A stretch of 43,107 nt of DNA, taken from NCBI GenBank assembly GCA_045644605.1, contig JAZRHB010000021.1, positions 1 to 43,107 of the forward strand, in the 5' to 3' direction. This DNA comes from Clostridia bacterium. Lineage in GTDB: Bacteria > Bacillota > Clostridia > RUG12999. The position numbers were made by a program, and so were the translations under genes. Below the pieces are notes generated by a model that saw only the letters and a list, made by a program, of their open reading frames with translations, was not told where the DNA came from and searched no databases. How positions within the stretch are numbered: position 1 is the first letter of the stretch; each line of letters opens with the position of its first letter. Below are positions 26,793 to 37,053 of the stretch, piece after piece.

Positions 26793-27707
26793 ATGAATCC
26801 TACGTTAATTCAAAAACTGAATACAGAATTAAACGAAAATCAAATATATATGAAACGTGACGATTTGCTTCCGTTTTCTTTTGGCGGCAACAAAGCACGT
26901 AAAGCGCTGCTTTTTTTTGAGGATATTGATAAAAAGGACGTAGATACGGTTGTTACATATGGTGCAGGCAGCTCAAACCATTGCAGAATAATTGCAAACG
27001 GTGCGGCGGCAAGGGGCAAAAAATGTGTCATAATATCTCAGAAAGAGGGATATACATATACATCCAACAGCAAACTGATGGATTTGTTTGGCGCGGAAAT
27101 TATAAAAACCCCACGTGAAAAAGTTGGCGAAACCATTAAAAATACATTATTGGAGCTTAAGAAAACCGGCAAACCGTATTTTGTGCCCGGCGGCGGCCAC
27201 GGAAATATCGGCACTGAGGCGTATGTTGGTGCATATAAAGAGATTCTTGAATATGAACAGGAAACCGAAATATATTTTGACTATATCTTCCATGCAACAG
27301 GCACAGGCACAACACAGGCAGGTCTTGTTTGCGGACAAATTATGGAAAAAGACGAAAACCGCAAAATTGTGGGCATAAGCATTGCCCGTAAAAATCCGTA
27401 CGGAGGCGATATTGTTGAAAAAAGCGTTGCCGAATATCTGGAATGTCCGCAGGAGGAGATAAAGAAATACGTCATTTTTGATGATAACTACATTTGTGGT
27501 GGCTATGGTCAGTATGATGACGATATTAAAGAAACGGTTAAATCCGTTATGATAAACGAAGGTATAGGACTTAATACAACCTATACGGGAAAAGCATTCT
27601 GCGGAATGAAAAAATATCTTGAAAACAGCGGTATAAAAGGAAAGAACATTCTGTTTGTAAACACAGGCGGAACCCCACTGTTTTTTGATGATTTAAAGGT
27701 GATTTGA
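26793..27707 (+). CDS. PLP enzyme, ACC deaminase/D-cysteine desulfhydrase family
   Basis: KRDDL..FGGNKARK, SNHCR, ATGTGTTQAG, YTGKA, NTGG. Confidence 0.88.
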   Translation: MNPTLIQKLNTELNENQIYMKRDDLLPFSFGGNKARKALLFFEDIDKKDVDTVVTYGAGSSNHCRIIANGAAARGKKCVIISQKEGYTYTSNSKLMDLFGAEIIKTPREKVGETIKNTLLELKKTGKPYFVPGGGHGNIGTEAYVGAYKEILEYEQETEIYFDYIFHATGTGTTQAGLVCGQIMEKDENRKIVGISIARKNPYGGDIVEKSVAEYLECPQEEIKKYVIFDDNYICGGYGQYDDDIKETVKSVMINEGIGLNTTYTGKAFCGMKKYLENSGIKGKNILFVNTGGTPLFFDDLKVI

Positions 27708-28666
27708 TGAACATTCTTATTTTAAGCGCAGGCACAAGAAACAAAGTAGTGCAGTATTTCAAAAAGGAGCTTTCGGGGAAGGGCACCGTTGTTGCAACGG
27801 ATTGCAGCAACCTTGCTCCCGCAATTTATGATGCGGATAAATATTACATAGTACCGCCGATGGTAGAGGACGGATATCTTGACGTAATTCTTGATATTTG
27901 CAAAAAAGAAAAAATAGATGCAGTGCTTACACTTATCGACCCCGAAATAAGCTTACTTTCCGAAAATTTGGGCAAGTTCAAGGCACTCGGCACAACACCT
28001 ATTGTATCGGACTACGATAAGGTTGAAATGTGCTTTGATAAATTCAAAATGTATGAATTTCTTATAAATAACGGCTTTAAAACAGCTAAAAGCTATATAG
28101 ATAAAGAAAGTTTTTATGCCGACCTGGATAGCGGCAAAATCACTTTCCCTGTGTTTGTAAAGCCTGTTAAAGGAAGTGCAAGCATAAACATAAACAAGGT
28201 ATCGTCAAAAGAGGAAGTGGAAGTTCTTTTCGCACTTTGTGACAACCTTATGATACAGGAATTTATGAACGGTACGGAATACGGTGCAGACTGTTACATT
28301 GATATGCTTTCGGGCGAGCCGGTTGCAATATTTACAAAACAGAAAATCAAAATGCGTGCAGGCGAAACTGATAAATCAGTTTCCGTTAAAGATGAAAAGT
28401 TGTTTGACCTTATTACAAAGTTTATCAAAACAGCAGGCTTTAAAGGCATTATTGATATAGATATATTTGATGTCGGCAGCGAGTATTATATTTCCGAAGT
28501 AAACCCCCGTTTCGGCGGCGGATACCCTCACGCATACGAATGCGGCGTAAATGTACCGAAGCTGATTTACGAAAATATCAGCGGCAGGGAAAATGCTTCT
28601 GAAATCGGCGCTTATGACGAAGGCGTTTATATGATGAAATATAACGAACTTAAAATTATGAAATGA
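27707..28666 (+). CDS. ATP-grasp ligase (CPS-like) 1
   Basis: CFDKFKM, FVKPVKGSAS, IQEF..GTEY, SEVNPRFGGG. Confidence 0.88.
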   Translation: MNILILSAGTRNKVVQYFKKELSGKGTVVATDCSNLAPAIYDADKYYIVPPMVEDGYLDVILDICKKEKIDAVLTLIDPEISLLSENLGKFKALGTTPIVSDYDKVEMCFDKFKMYEFLINNGFKTAKSYIDKESFYADLDSGKITFPVFVKPVKGSASININKVSSKEEVEVLFALCDNLMIQEFMNGTEYGADCYIDMLSGEPVAIFTKQKIKMRAGETDKSVSVKDEKLFDLITKFIKTAGFKGIIDIDIFDVGSEYYISEVNPRFGGGYPHAYECGVNVPKLIYENISGRENASEIGAYDEGVYMMKYNELKIMK

Positions 28667-28679
28667 GGAAGCGTGTTTT

Positions 28680-29966
28680 ATGAGAAATATAAGATATTAT
28701 GTTTTCTGGGCTCTTGATGCATTAAAGAAAAACAGAATTGGAAACAGCTATAAAGAAATATGCAGGCTGATGAAAGAAAAAGACATCTTGGAATGGCAAA
28801 AAAATAAAATACAGGAATTGATAAAAGAAGCAAGCTCAAATTGTGAATATTATAAAAGCTATAGCGAATATTCAGATATAAAACAATGTCCCGTAATAAA
28901 TAAAAATACAATTAAAGAAAATTTTGAAGGCGTAATGTCGAAAAAGTATGACAAATCAAGCCTTCATAGGATGTCTACAAGTGGTTCTACAGGAACACCG
29001 TTTGAAATTTTTCAGAATCCGGCAAAAAGAACGAGGGTTTTGTCTGAACTTATTTATTTCAATGAATTAGCAGGACAATATGTAGGGGATAAATTTATTT
29101 TCTACAGAGTGTGGACAGAAAAAAACAAGAAAAGCAAAATGGAACAGGTGAAACAGAATTTGTTACCGATTGACATTTTGCATCTTGATGATGAAAATAT
29201 GAAATACATTGCAGACGTTCTTCTTAAAGATAAAGCAATAAGAACAACACTTGCATATGCATCTACATATGATGCTATTTTAAAGTACATAACAGAAAAT
29301 AATGTTACAGGAAAATTTAATTTAAGATCAATGGTAAGTAGCTCGGAAATTCTGCTTGATGAAACGCGTGCAGGTTTGGAAGAAAAGATTGGCTGTAAAG
29401 TAATTAACAGATATTCCAATCAGGAATGCGGCGTTATTGCACAAAGCACATTTGATACAAATAAAATGGTTGTTAATAAAGCGTCTTATTATGTTGAACT
29501 TCTGAAGTTGGACAGTGATGAGCCGGCAGAAACAGGTGAGCTCGGCAGAATTGTTGTAACGGATTTGTTTAATTATTCAATGCCGCTTATCAGATATGAT
29601 ACAGGTGATTTAGGGATTACAAGTGAGGATACGGCGGATGAAATAAAAAGTTTTGATAGTATTCAGGGCAGACGAGTGGATATCATTTATAATACTCTCG
29701 GCAAACCGCTTACCCCACATACCTGGAGTGTCTATATGTGGAAATATGATAAGCTGAAGCAGTATCAGTTTATTCAGAACGGTAAAAAAGAATATGTTCT
29801 TAAAGTGAATGGAGCAGAAGGAATTTATATAAAAGAAGATTTTGATGCAACATTAAGACCAATCTTGGGTAATGATGCTCAAATTGAAATACAGTATGTG
29901 GATGATATTCCTGTTTTAGCTTCAGGTAAATTCAAAAAAACGGTTTGTAATTATAAACCGGAATAA
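28680..29966 (+). CDS. CapK / phenylacetate-CoA ligase-like adenylating enzyme
   Basis: STSGSTGTP, RYSNQECG, VTDLFNYSMPLIRYDTGD, GRR.D, SGKFK. Confidence 0.88.
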   Translation: MRNIRYYVFWALDALKKNRIGNSYKEICRLMKEKDILEWQKNKIQELIKEASSNCEYYKSYSEYSDIKQCPVINKNTIKENFEGVMSKKYDKSSLHRMSTSGSTGTPFEIFQNPAKRTRVLSELIYFNELAGQYVGDKFIFYRVWTEKNKKSKMEQVKQNLLPIDILHLDDENMKYIADVLLKDKAIRTTLAYASTYDAILKYITENNVTGKFNLRSMVSSSEILLDETRAGLEEKIGCKVINRYSNQECGVIAQSTFDTNKMVVNKASYYVELLKLDSDEPAETGELGRIVVTDLFNYSMPLIRYDTGDLGITSEDTADEIKSFDSIQGRRVDIIYNTLGKPLTPHTWSVYMWKYDKLKQYQFIQNGKKEYVLKVNGAEGIYIKEDFDATLRPILGNDAQIEIQYVDDIPVLASGKFKKTVCNYKPE

Positions 29967-29983
29967 TGAAAAGAAGTGAAAAA

Positions 29984-31189
29984 ATGAATATTTTATTTTT
30001 AACAATGGCAAGGATTAAATCTCTGGATTTTCAGGGAATATATCTGGATTTGTTAAGAGAATTTATTAAAAACGGACATTACATTTCGATTGCGGCTCCG
30101 GCAGAGCGGCAGTTCGGCGAAGAAACAAACTTAAAACAATTTGACAATTATGATGTTTTGCGTATTAAAGTAGGAAACCTACAAAAGACAAACGTACTTG
30201 AAAAGGGCATTTCAACAGTACTTCTTGAAAGTCAGTTTTTGTCTGCAATAAAGGAATATTACGGAGATAAAAAGTTTGATATTGTCCTTTATTCAACACC
30301 GCCGATAAATTTTGGTAGTGTAATAAAATTTGTGAAAAAACGTGACGGGGCAAAGTCTTATCTTCTTCTTAAAGATATTTTCCCTCAGAACGCAGTTGAC
30401 CTCGGCATGTTTTCCAAATCAAGCCCGATATATAAAATGTTCAGAAATAAAGAAAAATCTCTTTATAAACTGTCCGATAGCATAGGTTGTATGTCGCAGG
30501 CAAATGTAGATTTTGTGCTTAAACATAATCCGTATATTGATGAAAAAAAAGTACATATTTCACCTAACAGCGTGGAATTTCTTGATAAAAATATTGATGC
30601 CGAAACCAAAGAAAATATAAGAAAAAAATACGGCGTACCGACAGATAAAAAGGTGTTTATTTATGGCGGTAACCTCGGCAAGCCACAGGACATTCCGTTT
30701 GTTATAAAATGTCTTAAAGCAAACGCAGGAAAGACCGACAGATTTTTCATTATATGCGGCACCGGTACGGAATATTCTAAATTAAAAGCATATATGGAAG
30801 CTGAAAAGCCCGAAAACGTGCTTGTAATAAACGGACTTCCGAAAGACGAATACGAAACCTTTGTAGCTTCGGCAGACGTGGGACTTATTTTCCTTGACCA
30901 CAGGTTTACAATTCCGAACTGTCCGTCAAGAATGCTTTCATATATGCAAAACAAAATGCCTGTTATTGCATGTACGGACAAGGCTACTGACATCGGCAGC
31001 ATCATTGAAGAAGGTGACTTTGGCTGGTGGTGTGAGTCCACAGATGCAGACGAATTTGTGAAAATATGTGACAAAGCGTGCAGTGCAGATTTGATACAAA
31101 TGGGTGAAAATGCAAAGAAATGCCTTGCTGAAAACTATTCAGTAAAGCACAGTTATGAAATAATTATGGGGGCAATAGGGTGCGAATAG
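29984..31189 (+). CDS. Glycosyltransferase family 4 (WbuB-like)
   Basis: YSTPP, KDIFPQNAVDLG, YGGNLGKPQ, PSRMLSYM; alternative start at 29966. Confidence 0.9.
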   Translation: MNILFLTMARIKSLDFQGIYLDLLREFIKNGHYISIAAPAERQFGEETNLKQFDNYDVLRIKVGNLQKTNVLEKGISTVLLESQFLSAIKEYYGDKKFDIVLYSTPPINFGSVIKFVKKRDGAKSYLLLKDIFPQNAVDLGMFSKSSPIYKMFRNKEKSLYKLSDSIGCMSQANVDFVLKHNPYIDEKKVHISPNSVEFLDKNIDAETKENIRKKYGVPTDKKVFIYGGNLGKPQDIPFVIKCLKANAGKTDRFFIICGTGTEYSKLKAYMEAEKPENVLVINGLPKDEYETFVASADVGLIFLDHRFTIPNCPSRMLSYMQNKMPVIACTDKATDIGSIIEEGDFGWWCESTDADEFVKICDKACSADLIQMGENAKKCLAENYSVKHSYEIIMGAIGCE

Positions 31190-32214
31190 TTGTAAATGAT
31201 ATTGCGGCAAGCTCAGGCGGAGCACTTTCCGTTTTAACTGATTTTTATAATTTTGTCAAAGAAAATTATAAAGATGACGAATGGATTTTTTTGCTTGGCG
31301 ATAATTACATAGAAGAAACGGAAAATATAAAGGTTGTTCTTTTTCCTGAAATCAAAAACAGCCATAAGAAAAAGCTTATGTTTGATTTCTTTACGGGCAG
31401 AAAGGTTATTAATGACCTTAACCCCGATGCGGTAATTTCGCTTCAGAATATCATTACATTTGGTGTTGATGCACCGCAAATGGTGTTTATACATCAGGCG
31501 CTTCCGTTTCAGGACTATAGAAAGTTTTCGTTTTTTAAGGCTTCCGAACGTTCTCTTGCAATAGTACAGCATATTATTGGCGCAATCATCAAAATATCTG
31601 CAAAATTTGCGGATTTGGTTGCCGTGCAGACAAGATGGATGAGAAGAGCAGTTGCAAAAAAGGCAAATGTAAAAATGAAAAAGATTATTATTTGTCCGCC
31701 GGAAATAAGCATAGAAAATGGCGGTGCTAATCCCGATACAAAAAGCTTTTTCTATCCTACGGGAAATCTTATTTATAAAAATAACGAATGTATATATGAG
31801 GCTGCAGAGCTTCTTAATGAAGAGGGAATAAAAGATTTTAAAATAAAGCTCACACTTAATGAGGAAAATACGGAAAATTTTGAATATACCGGCAGACTTT
31901 CAAGAGAAGCTGTAATAGATGAGTATAAAAAATCGGTACTTATTTACCCGTCGTATATTGAATCTTTTGGATATCCTCTTGCAGAAGCTGCACGTACCGG
32001 TACAATTATTTTAAGTAGCGATACACCGGTTGCCAAAGAAGCTCTTGCTGAATATAAAAATGCATATTATTTTGACCCGTTTGAACCCGCTTCGCTTGCT
32101 GACCTGATGAAAAAGGTTATAACAGAGGAAATAGAACAAAAGGAAACAGAAACTTTAGAAAATGAAGATGGTGGTTGGTCGGTTTTGATATCGGCATTGC
32201 AGGAGATGGTATAA
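31180..32214 (+). CDS. Glycosyltransferase family 4
   Basis: SGGAL, YKNN, PSYIESFGYPLAEA (EX7E). Confidence 0.88.
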   Translation: MRIVVNDIAASSGGALSVLTDFYNFVKENYKDDEWIFLLGDNYIEETENIKVVLFPEIKNSHKKKLMFDFFTGRKVINDLNPDAVISLQNIITFGVDAPQMVFIHQALPFQDYRKFSFFKASERSLAIVQHIIGAIIKISAKFADLVAVQTRWMRRAVAKKANVKMKKIIICPPEISIENGGANPDTKSFFYPTGNLIYKNNECIYEAAELLNEEGIKDFKIKLTLNEENTENFEYTGRLSREAVIDEYKKSVLIYPSYIESFGYPLAEAARTGTIILSSDTPVAKEALAEYKNAYYFDPFEPASLADLMKKVITEEIEQKETETLENEDGGWSVLISALQEMV

Positions 32215-33393
32215 ATGATATTCTTAGGATGTCTGTTTGACAGAAAAGAAGAAAAAAATATTTTGGAAAATAATAAAGGCGGCCTTTCAAATGCCGCAAA
32301 TACGTTTCAATGGAATCTTATTGACGGCATTGACGAAATTTCAGATGCTCCGATTGACATTGTGAACGTACTTCCTGTCGGTACCTATCCAAACAGCTAT
32401 ACAAAGCTTTTTCTTGAAACAAAAAAATGGTCGTATATGGGTTCAGACAACACAGAAATAGGAAGTATTAACCTGCCCTTTTTAAAGCAGCTTGTAAGAG
32501 AAAAAAAGGTAAAACGACTGATAAAGAAAAAAGGCGATAAAAACATAATAATTTATTCGGCGTATCTGCCGTTTCTCCGTGCGATAAGACGACTTAATAA
32601 ATCATACAATATTTCTCTTATAGTAACGGATTTACCTGAGTTTTATGACCTTGGGAAAACTTCGGGAATAAGGAAATTTCTTCGCAAGGCAAACAACAGG
32701 CTTATATATAAATGCCTGAAACGTATTGACAGTTTTGTTCTTTTAACTGAGCAGATGAAGCATCCGCTGAAAGTGGGCACAAGACCCTATACTGTTGTGG
32801 AGGGAATAGCAAACACAACGCAAATGGCTGTAAATTTACCGGAGTCGGGTAAGCGAATTATATTTTATGCAGGAACACTGCATTATCAGTTTGGAATAAA
32901 AACACTGCTTGATGCATTTGAAATGATAGATGATGAAACTTACGAGCTTTGGATTTGCGGCAGTGGCGATGCAGAAGAGGAAATCCGCACACTTGCAGAA
33001 AAAGACAGCAGAGTTAAGTTCTACGGATATTGCACAAAACTTGAGGTGTCGCGATATCAGAGCCGTGCAACCGTTCTTGTCAATCCGAGAACAAACGAAG
33101 GCGAATATACAAAATATTCGTTTCCGTCAAAAACAATGGAATATCTTGCAGCAGGAAAACCTGTTATTATGCACAAGCTTGACGGTATTCCTGATGAATA
33201 TGACGAGTATTTGTACTACATAGACGGAAATACTGCCGAAGATTTAAAAACTGCAATTATGAAAGCTTGTTCAAAAACAGATAATGAGCTTGCTCGTTTT
33301 GGAGCAAAAGCATCAAAATGGGTTTTGAAAGAAAAAAGCCCAGCCGGTCAAGCTAAAAAAATAATTAGGATGATTGAAAATGAGAGAATCTAA
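32215..33393 (+). CDS. Glycosyltransferase family 4
   Basis: YAGTL, LVNPR...YSFPSKTMEYLAAGKPV. Confidence 0.88.
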   Translation: MIFLGCLFDRKEEKNILENNKGGLSNAANTFQWNLIDGIDEISDAPIDIVNVLPVGTYPNSYTKLFLETKKWSYMGSDNTEIGSINLPFLKQLVREKKVKRLIKKKGDKNIIIYSAYLPFLRAIRRLNKSYNISLIVTDLPEFYDLGKTSGIRKFLRKANNRLIYKCLKRIDSFVLLTEQMKHPLKVGTRPYTVVEGIANTTQMAVNLPESGKRIIFYAGTLHYQFGIKTLLDAFEMIDDETYELWICGSGDAEEEIRTLAEKDSRVKFYGYCTKLEVSRYQSRATVLVNPRTNEGEYTKYSFPSKTMEYLAAGKPVIMHKLDGIPDEYDEYLYYIDGNTAEDLKTAIMKACSKTDNELARFGAKASKWVLKEKSPAGQAKKIIRMIENERI

Positions 33394-34840
33394 TAGAATT
33401 TTAATATTTCTTACACTAGCTGTTATAACGGCACTGCTGTTTGTGCTGGGTTATAATGATACAGGTGTTAATTTAATGATGGTGGCAACACTTTTGTTAT
33501 TTACCAACACACTTATATATAGTCTGTCGTATGGAAATAAAATGATAATTTTTAGCGCATTTTTAGTGTGTTTCTTTACGTTCGTACTTGGTTCGTGGGG
33601 CGTAAACTTTTTAATAGGTGAACCCTGGGGCACAGAATTCGACCGCATAACAATAAAACACGTTCTTCTTTGTGTGTATTTAAGCATAGCATCAATATTT
33701 ATTGGGGCAATGGTAGGGAACATAAAATCAGAAAGGAATCAAAGTAAAGTTGATTTTAAAATATATCAGCAGGAAAATGCGAAATTCGAAGGTGCAATTC
33801 GTGTGCTGCTGTACATAACAATGATATTCAGTGCCATAGATATTATAGACAGAGTAATATTTGTTATGCGTCACAGCTACGTAGGTCTGTATACCGGTGA
33901 AAGAACAAGTATGCCGTATATGGTGCAAAAGTTGTCTGCCTGCAGTACATTTTTGTTTTTCTCCTATCTTGCAATTCTGCCGGACAAGAAAAAAGCAAAA
34001 AAACCGATTTTCCTGTATCTTGCACTTCACATCTTCTCAATACTTGGAGGTGTACGTGGTGACGGTGTAAAGGTTGCAATAATGGTATTTGCATATTGCC
34101 TTTTCAGAAACACTGTAGATGAAGAAAAATGGGTTACGAAAAAACATATAATCATGATTTGTATTGCAGCACCTGTCGGAATAGTTCTTCTCAGTCTTTA
34201 CAATTTCTGGCGTAACGGAATGAGCGCACATTACTATGGTTTCTGGAATGAATTTATTAACTTTTTCACCACGCAGGGCGGAAGTATTAAAATTATAGCT
34301 TATGAAAAACAGCTTCATAATTTGCTTCCGGCAACAAACCTTTCATATACTTTTGGTCCTATTATCAATTGGTATAAACATGGTTTTCTTGGAAATGTAA
34401 TCAGCATATTTACAGGGCAGAACTTTATTAAATATTCGGGTAATACGGTAGGGGATGCAATGTACGGTAACAACCTTGGCGCAACCATTACATACCTTGT
34501 AATGCCCAACAACTATCTTTCAGGTGTAGGTATGGGTACACAGTACATAGCCGAGCTTTATTCCGATTTCGGATATGCCGGTGTCGTTATATTTAACCTG
34601 CTGCTTGGCTGGTTTATTACAAAATGTCGATTTATATATTTTAAACGTTGGTACTGGAATGCAATTACAATAGGTGTTGTACACTTCCTGTTCGGTATTG
34701 GACGTGACTTTGCAACAACCTTTGCGGCATATTATGTTTCTGTTGTTAACTGGGCAACCGTAGCGCTTGTTTATGGACTCTGCAGGATTAAACTAAAAAA
34801 ATATGGAGATTTGCGTGATGAAAATACTGTGGATTTGTAA
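33380..34840 (+). CDS. wzy: Polysaccharide polymerase Wzy
   Basis: Multi-TM protein with G.RG, FFTTQGGS, YLSGVGMGTQYIAELYSDFGYAG motifs. Confidence 0.85.
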   Translation: MRESNRILIFLTLAVITALLFVLGYNDTGVNLMMVATLLLFTNTLIYSLSYGNKMIIFSAFLVCFFTFVLGSWGVNFLIGEPWGTEFDRITIKHVLLCVYLSIASIFIGAMVGNIKSERNQSKVDFKIYQQENAKFEGAIRVLLYITMIFSAIDIIDRVIFVMRHSYVGLYTGERTSMPYMVQKLSACSTFLFFSYLAILPDKKKAKKPIFLYLALHIFSILGGVRGDGVKVAIMVFAYCLFRNTVDEEKWVTKKHIIMICIAAPVGIVLLSLYNFWRNGMSAHYYGFWNEFINFFTTQGGSIKIIAYEKQLHNLLPATNLSYTFGPIINWYKHGFLGNVISIFTGQNFIKYSGNTVGDAMYGNNLGATITYLVMPNNYLSGVGMGTQYIAELYSDFGYAGVVIFNLLLGWFITKCRFIYFKRWYWNAITIGVVHFLFGIGRDFATTFAAYYVSVVNWATVALVYGLCRIKLKKYGDLRDENTVDL

Positions 34841-36065
34841 TTTAATATTGCCGCAGATAGCAAAAGCTTTAAATACGGCAGTTCCGTACGGTGGCGGCTG
34901 GATGGCAAGTCTTGCCGATGACATTGTAACTGCAGAAAATGTAAGCCTTTCGGTGTGTTTTCCGTACAGTAGTGCGATTGACGGAACGGCGGGAAAAATC
35001 CGCTATTTCGGTTTTGACAGTGAAAATACAATCTACAATATAATTAAAAAAGAAAACCCCGATGTAGTGCACATTTTCGGTACGGAATACATGCATTCAT
35101 ATTATGCGGCGCGTGCCTGCGAAAAGCTTGGTATAGCTCATAAAGCTGTGGTAAGTGCACAGGGTATTGTGTCGTTTGCTTCAAAACATTATTTCGGCGG
35201 AGTGCCAACATATGTGAAATATGCAAGGTCATTTCGTGATGTGTTAAAACGAGAGAGTATAAACAAAGCAAAAAAGACCTTTGAAAAGAGAGGAATATTT
35301 GAAAGAAAAACATTAAATACAGTAAAACATGTAATAGGAAGAACAGATTGGGACTATGCGTGCACACGGCAGATAAATCCGGATATTAAATATCATTTTT
35401 GTAATGAAACCCTTCGTGATTCGTTTTATGAAAACAAGTGGGATATAGAAACTTGTGAAAAACACTCGATTTTTGCAAGTCAGTGCAACTACCCGCTTAA
35501 AGGATTTCACAGGGTGCTTGAAGCAATGCAGACGGTACTTAAGTTTTATCCCGATGCAAAGCTTTATACAACTGGCAGAAACCTGCTTAATCAAAAAGGG
35601 TTTTCAGCAGGACTTAAACTTACATATTACGAAGTTTATATTAAAAAGCTTATTAAAAAATATAACCTTGAAAATGCGGTGTTTTTTTTAGGACCGCTTG
35701 ATGAAAAGAAAATGTGCGAAAGATACCTTAAATCGCACGTGTTTGTAGCGGCATCATCAATAGAAAATTCACCTAATTCACTTGGTGAATCAATGATACT
35801 TGGTGTGCCGACAATAACTTCGGATGTCGGCGGAATAAAAGCACTGTTCAATCATAATGAAGACGGATTTATGTATCAGGCGGATGCCCCGTATATGATG
35901 GCAGAATGTATATGCAAAATTTTTGCATCGGACGAGCTTGCAAAAATGTTTTCGGAAAATGCCAAAAAACATGCAAAAGTAATACACAACAAAGAAAATA
36001 ACCTTAAAACAATGCTGAAAATATATGGCGAAATAGCTGGGGGAGAAACAAATGAGACCGTATGA
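34818..36065 (+). CDS. Glycosyltransferase family 4
   Basis: MKILWICN, GGGWM, HIFGTE, SSIENSPNSLGESMILGVP. Confidence 0.9.
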   Translation: MKILWICNLILPQIAKALNTAVPYGGGWMASLADDIVTAENVSLSVCFPYSSAIDGTAGKIRYFGFDSENTIYNIIKKENPDVVHIFGTEYMHSYYAARACEKLGIAHKAVVSAQGIVSFASKHYFGGVPTYVKYARSFRDVLKRESINKAKKTFEKRGIFERKTLNTVKHVIGRTDWDYACTRQINPDIKYHFCNETLRDSFYENKWDIETCEKHSIFASQCNYPLKGFHRVLEAMQTVLKFYPDAKLYTTGRNLLNQKGFSAGLKLTYYEVYIKKLIKKYNLENAVFFLGPLDEKKMCERYLKSHVFVAASSIENSPNSLGESMILGVPTITSDVGGIKALFNHNEDGFMYQADAPYMMAECICKIFASDELAKMFSENAKKHAKVIHNKENNLKTMLKIYGEIAGGETNETV

Positions 36066-37053
36066 AGTAGATGTGCCCGTAAGGGTGATGCTGTGGACAA
36101 GACCGGAATGTCTGAAAAGGCAGTTTGAGGTGCTTAAAAAAGCGGCACCGAGCACGCTGTTTCTTATTTCCGATGGCGGCAGAAACGAGCGCGAAATGGC
36201 GCTTATCCGTGAAAGTCGCGCGATATTTGAAAATATTGACTGGGACTGCACGGTGCACAAACTGTTTTTCGAAGAAAACCAGGGTATGTATACTATGATG
36301 AAGCATACACGTAAGCTTATATGGTCAAATGTGGACAGATGTATTTTTCTTGAAGATGACCATGTGCCGGCGGTTTCATTTTTTAAGTTTTGTGCTGAAA
36401 TGCTGGAAAAATATAAAGATGACCCGCGAATAGAAATGATTACCGGACATAACATTCTGGGCACATACTCCGATGCTGAACCATATGATTATTTCTTTAC
36501 TCAAAACGGCTGGTCAATATGGGGAACAGCATCCTGGAAAAGAACTGCAGAGGGAAGGGAATATCCTTTTGAATATGCCGATAACGAATACATAAAAAGA
36601 TGTATTAAAGATAATACAAACGATTTCTGGTACAAAAAAGTTGATGGTTATTGTAAAGGAGAGCTTGTTGACAATCATATTCCCGGCGGGGAGTATTATC
36701 ACGCAATTAACAGCGTCCTCAACCACCGACTCAGTATAGTTCCTACAAAAAATATGATAAATAACATAGGAACGGTGGGCGAGCATACAAACCTCAATCA
36801 GCGTATCAAGGGTGACGGTGCGTGTCTGTTCAATATGGAAACCTACGAGATGGAGTTTCCTCTTAAACACCCGAAATATGTTATTGATGATAAGCATTAC
36901 GGAAATATTTATGCAAAAAAACTTGGACAAATAAAGAAAAGTGTATTCATCAGAATATATAAAAAGTTCAAACATGGATTCATTTATTTAATTCACGGCG
37001 AGCTTTTTGATGCAATAAAACGAAAATTAAAGAAAAAGGAAATAGAAAAATAA
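36052..37053 (+). CDS. GT-A fold nucleotide-sugar transferase (HlpA-like)
   Basis: WTRP, SDGGR, IFLEDD (DxD-like), WGTASW, NMINNIG. Confidence 0.75.
   Translation: MRPYEVDVPVRVMLWTRPECLKRQFEVLKKAAPSTLFLISDGGRNEREMALIRESRAIFENIDWDCTVHKLFFEENQGMYTMMKHTRKLIWSNVDRCIFLEDDHVPAVSFFKFCAEMLEKYKDDPRIEMITGHNILGTYSDAEPYDYFFTQNGWSIWGTASWKRTAEGREYPFEYADNEYIKRCIKDNTNDFWYKKVDGYCKGELVDNHIPGGEYYHAINSVLNHRLSIVPTKNMINNIGTVGEHTNLNQRIKGDGACLFNMETYEMEFPLKHPKYVIDDKHYGNIYAKKLGQIKKSVFIRIYKKFKHGFIYLIHGELFDAIKRKLKKKEIEK

Noticed and set aside
26793-27707. True ACC deaminase (plant-interaction trait)
   Set aside because: Embedded in and coupled to a glycan biosynthesis operon; family membership alone does not establish ACC activity.
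36052-37053. Hemolysin (HlpA-type annotation)
   Set aside because: GT-A motifs (LEDD) and position between a glycosyltransferase and the flippase indicate a sugar transferase.
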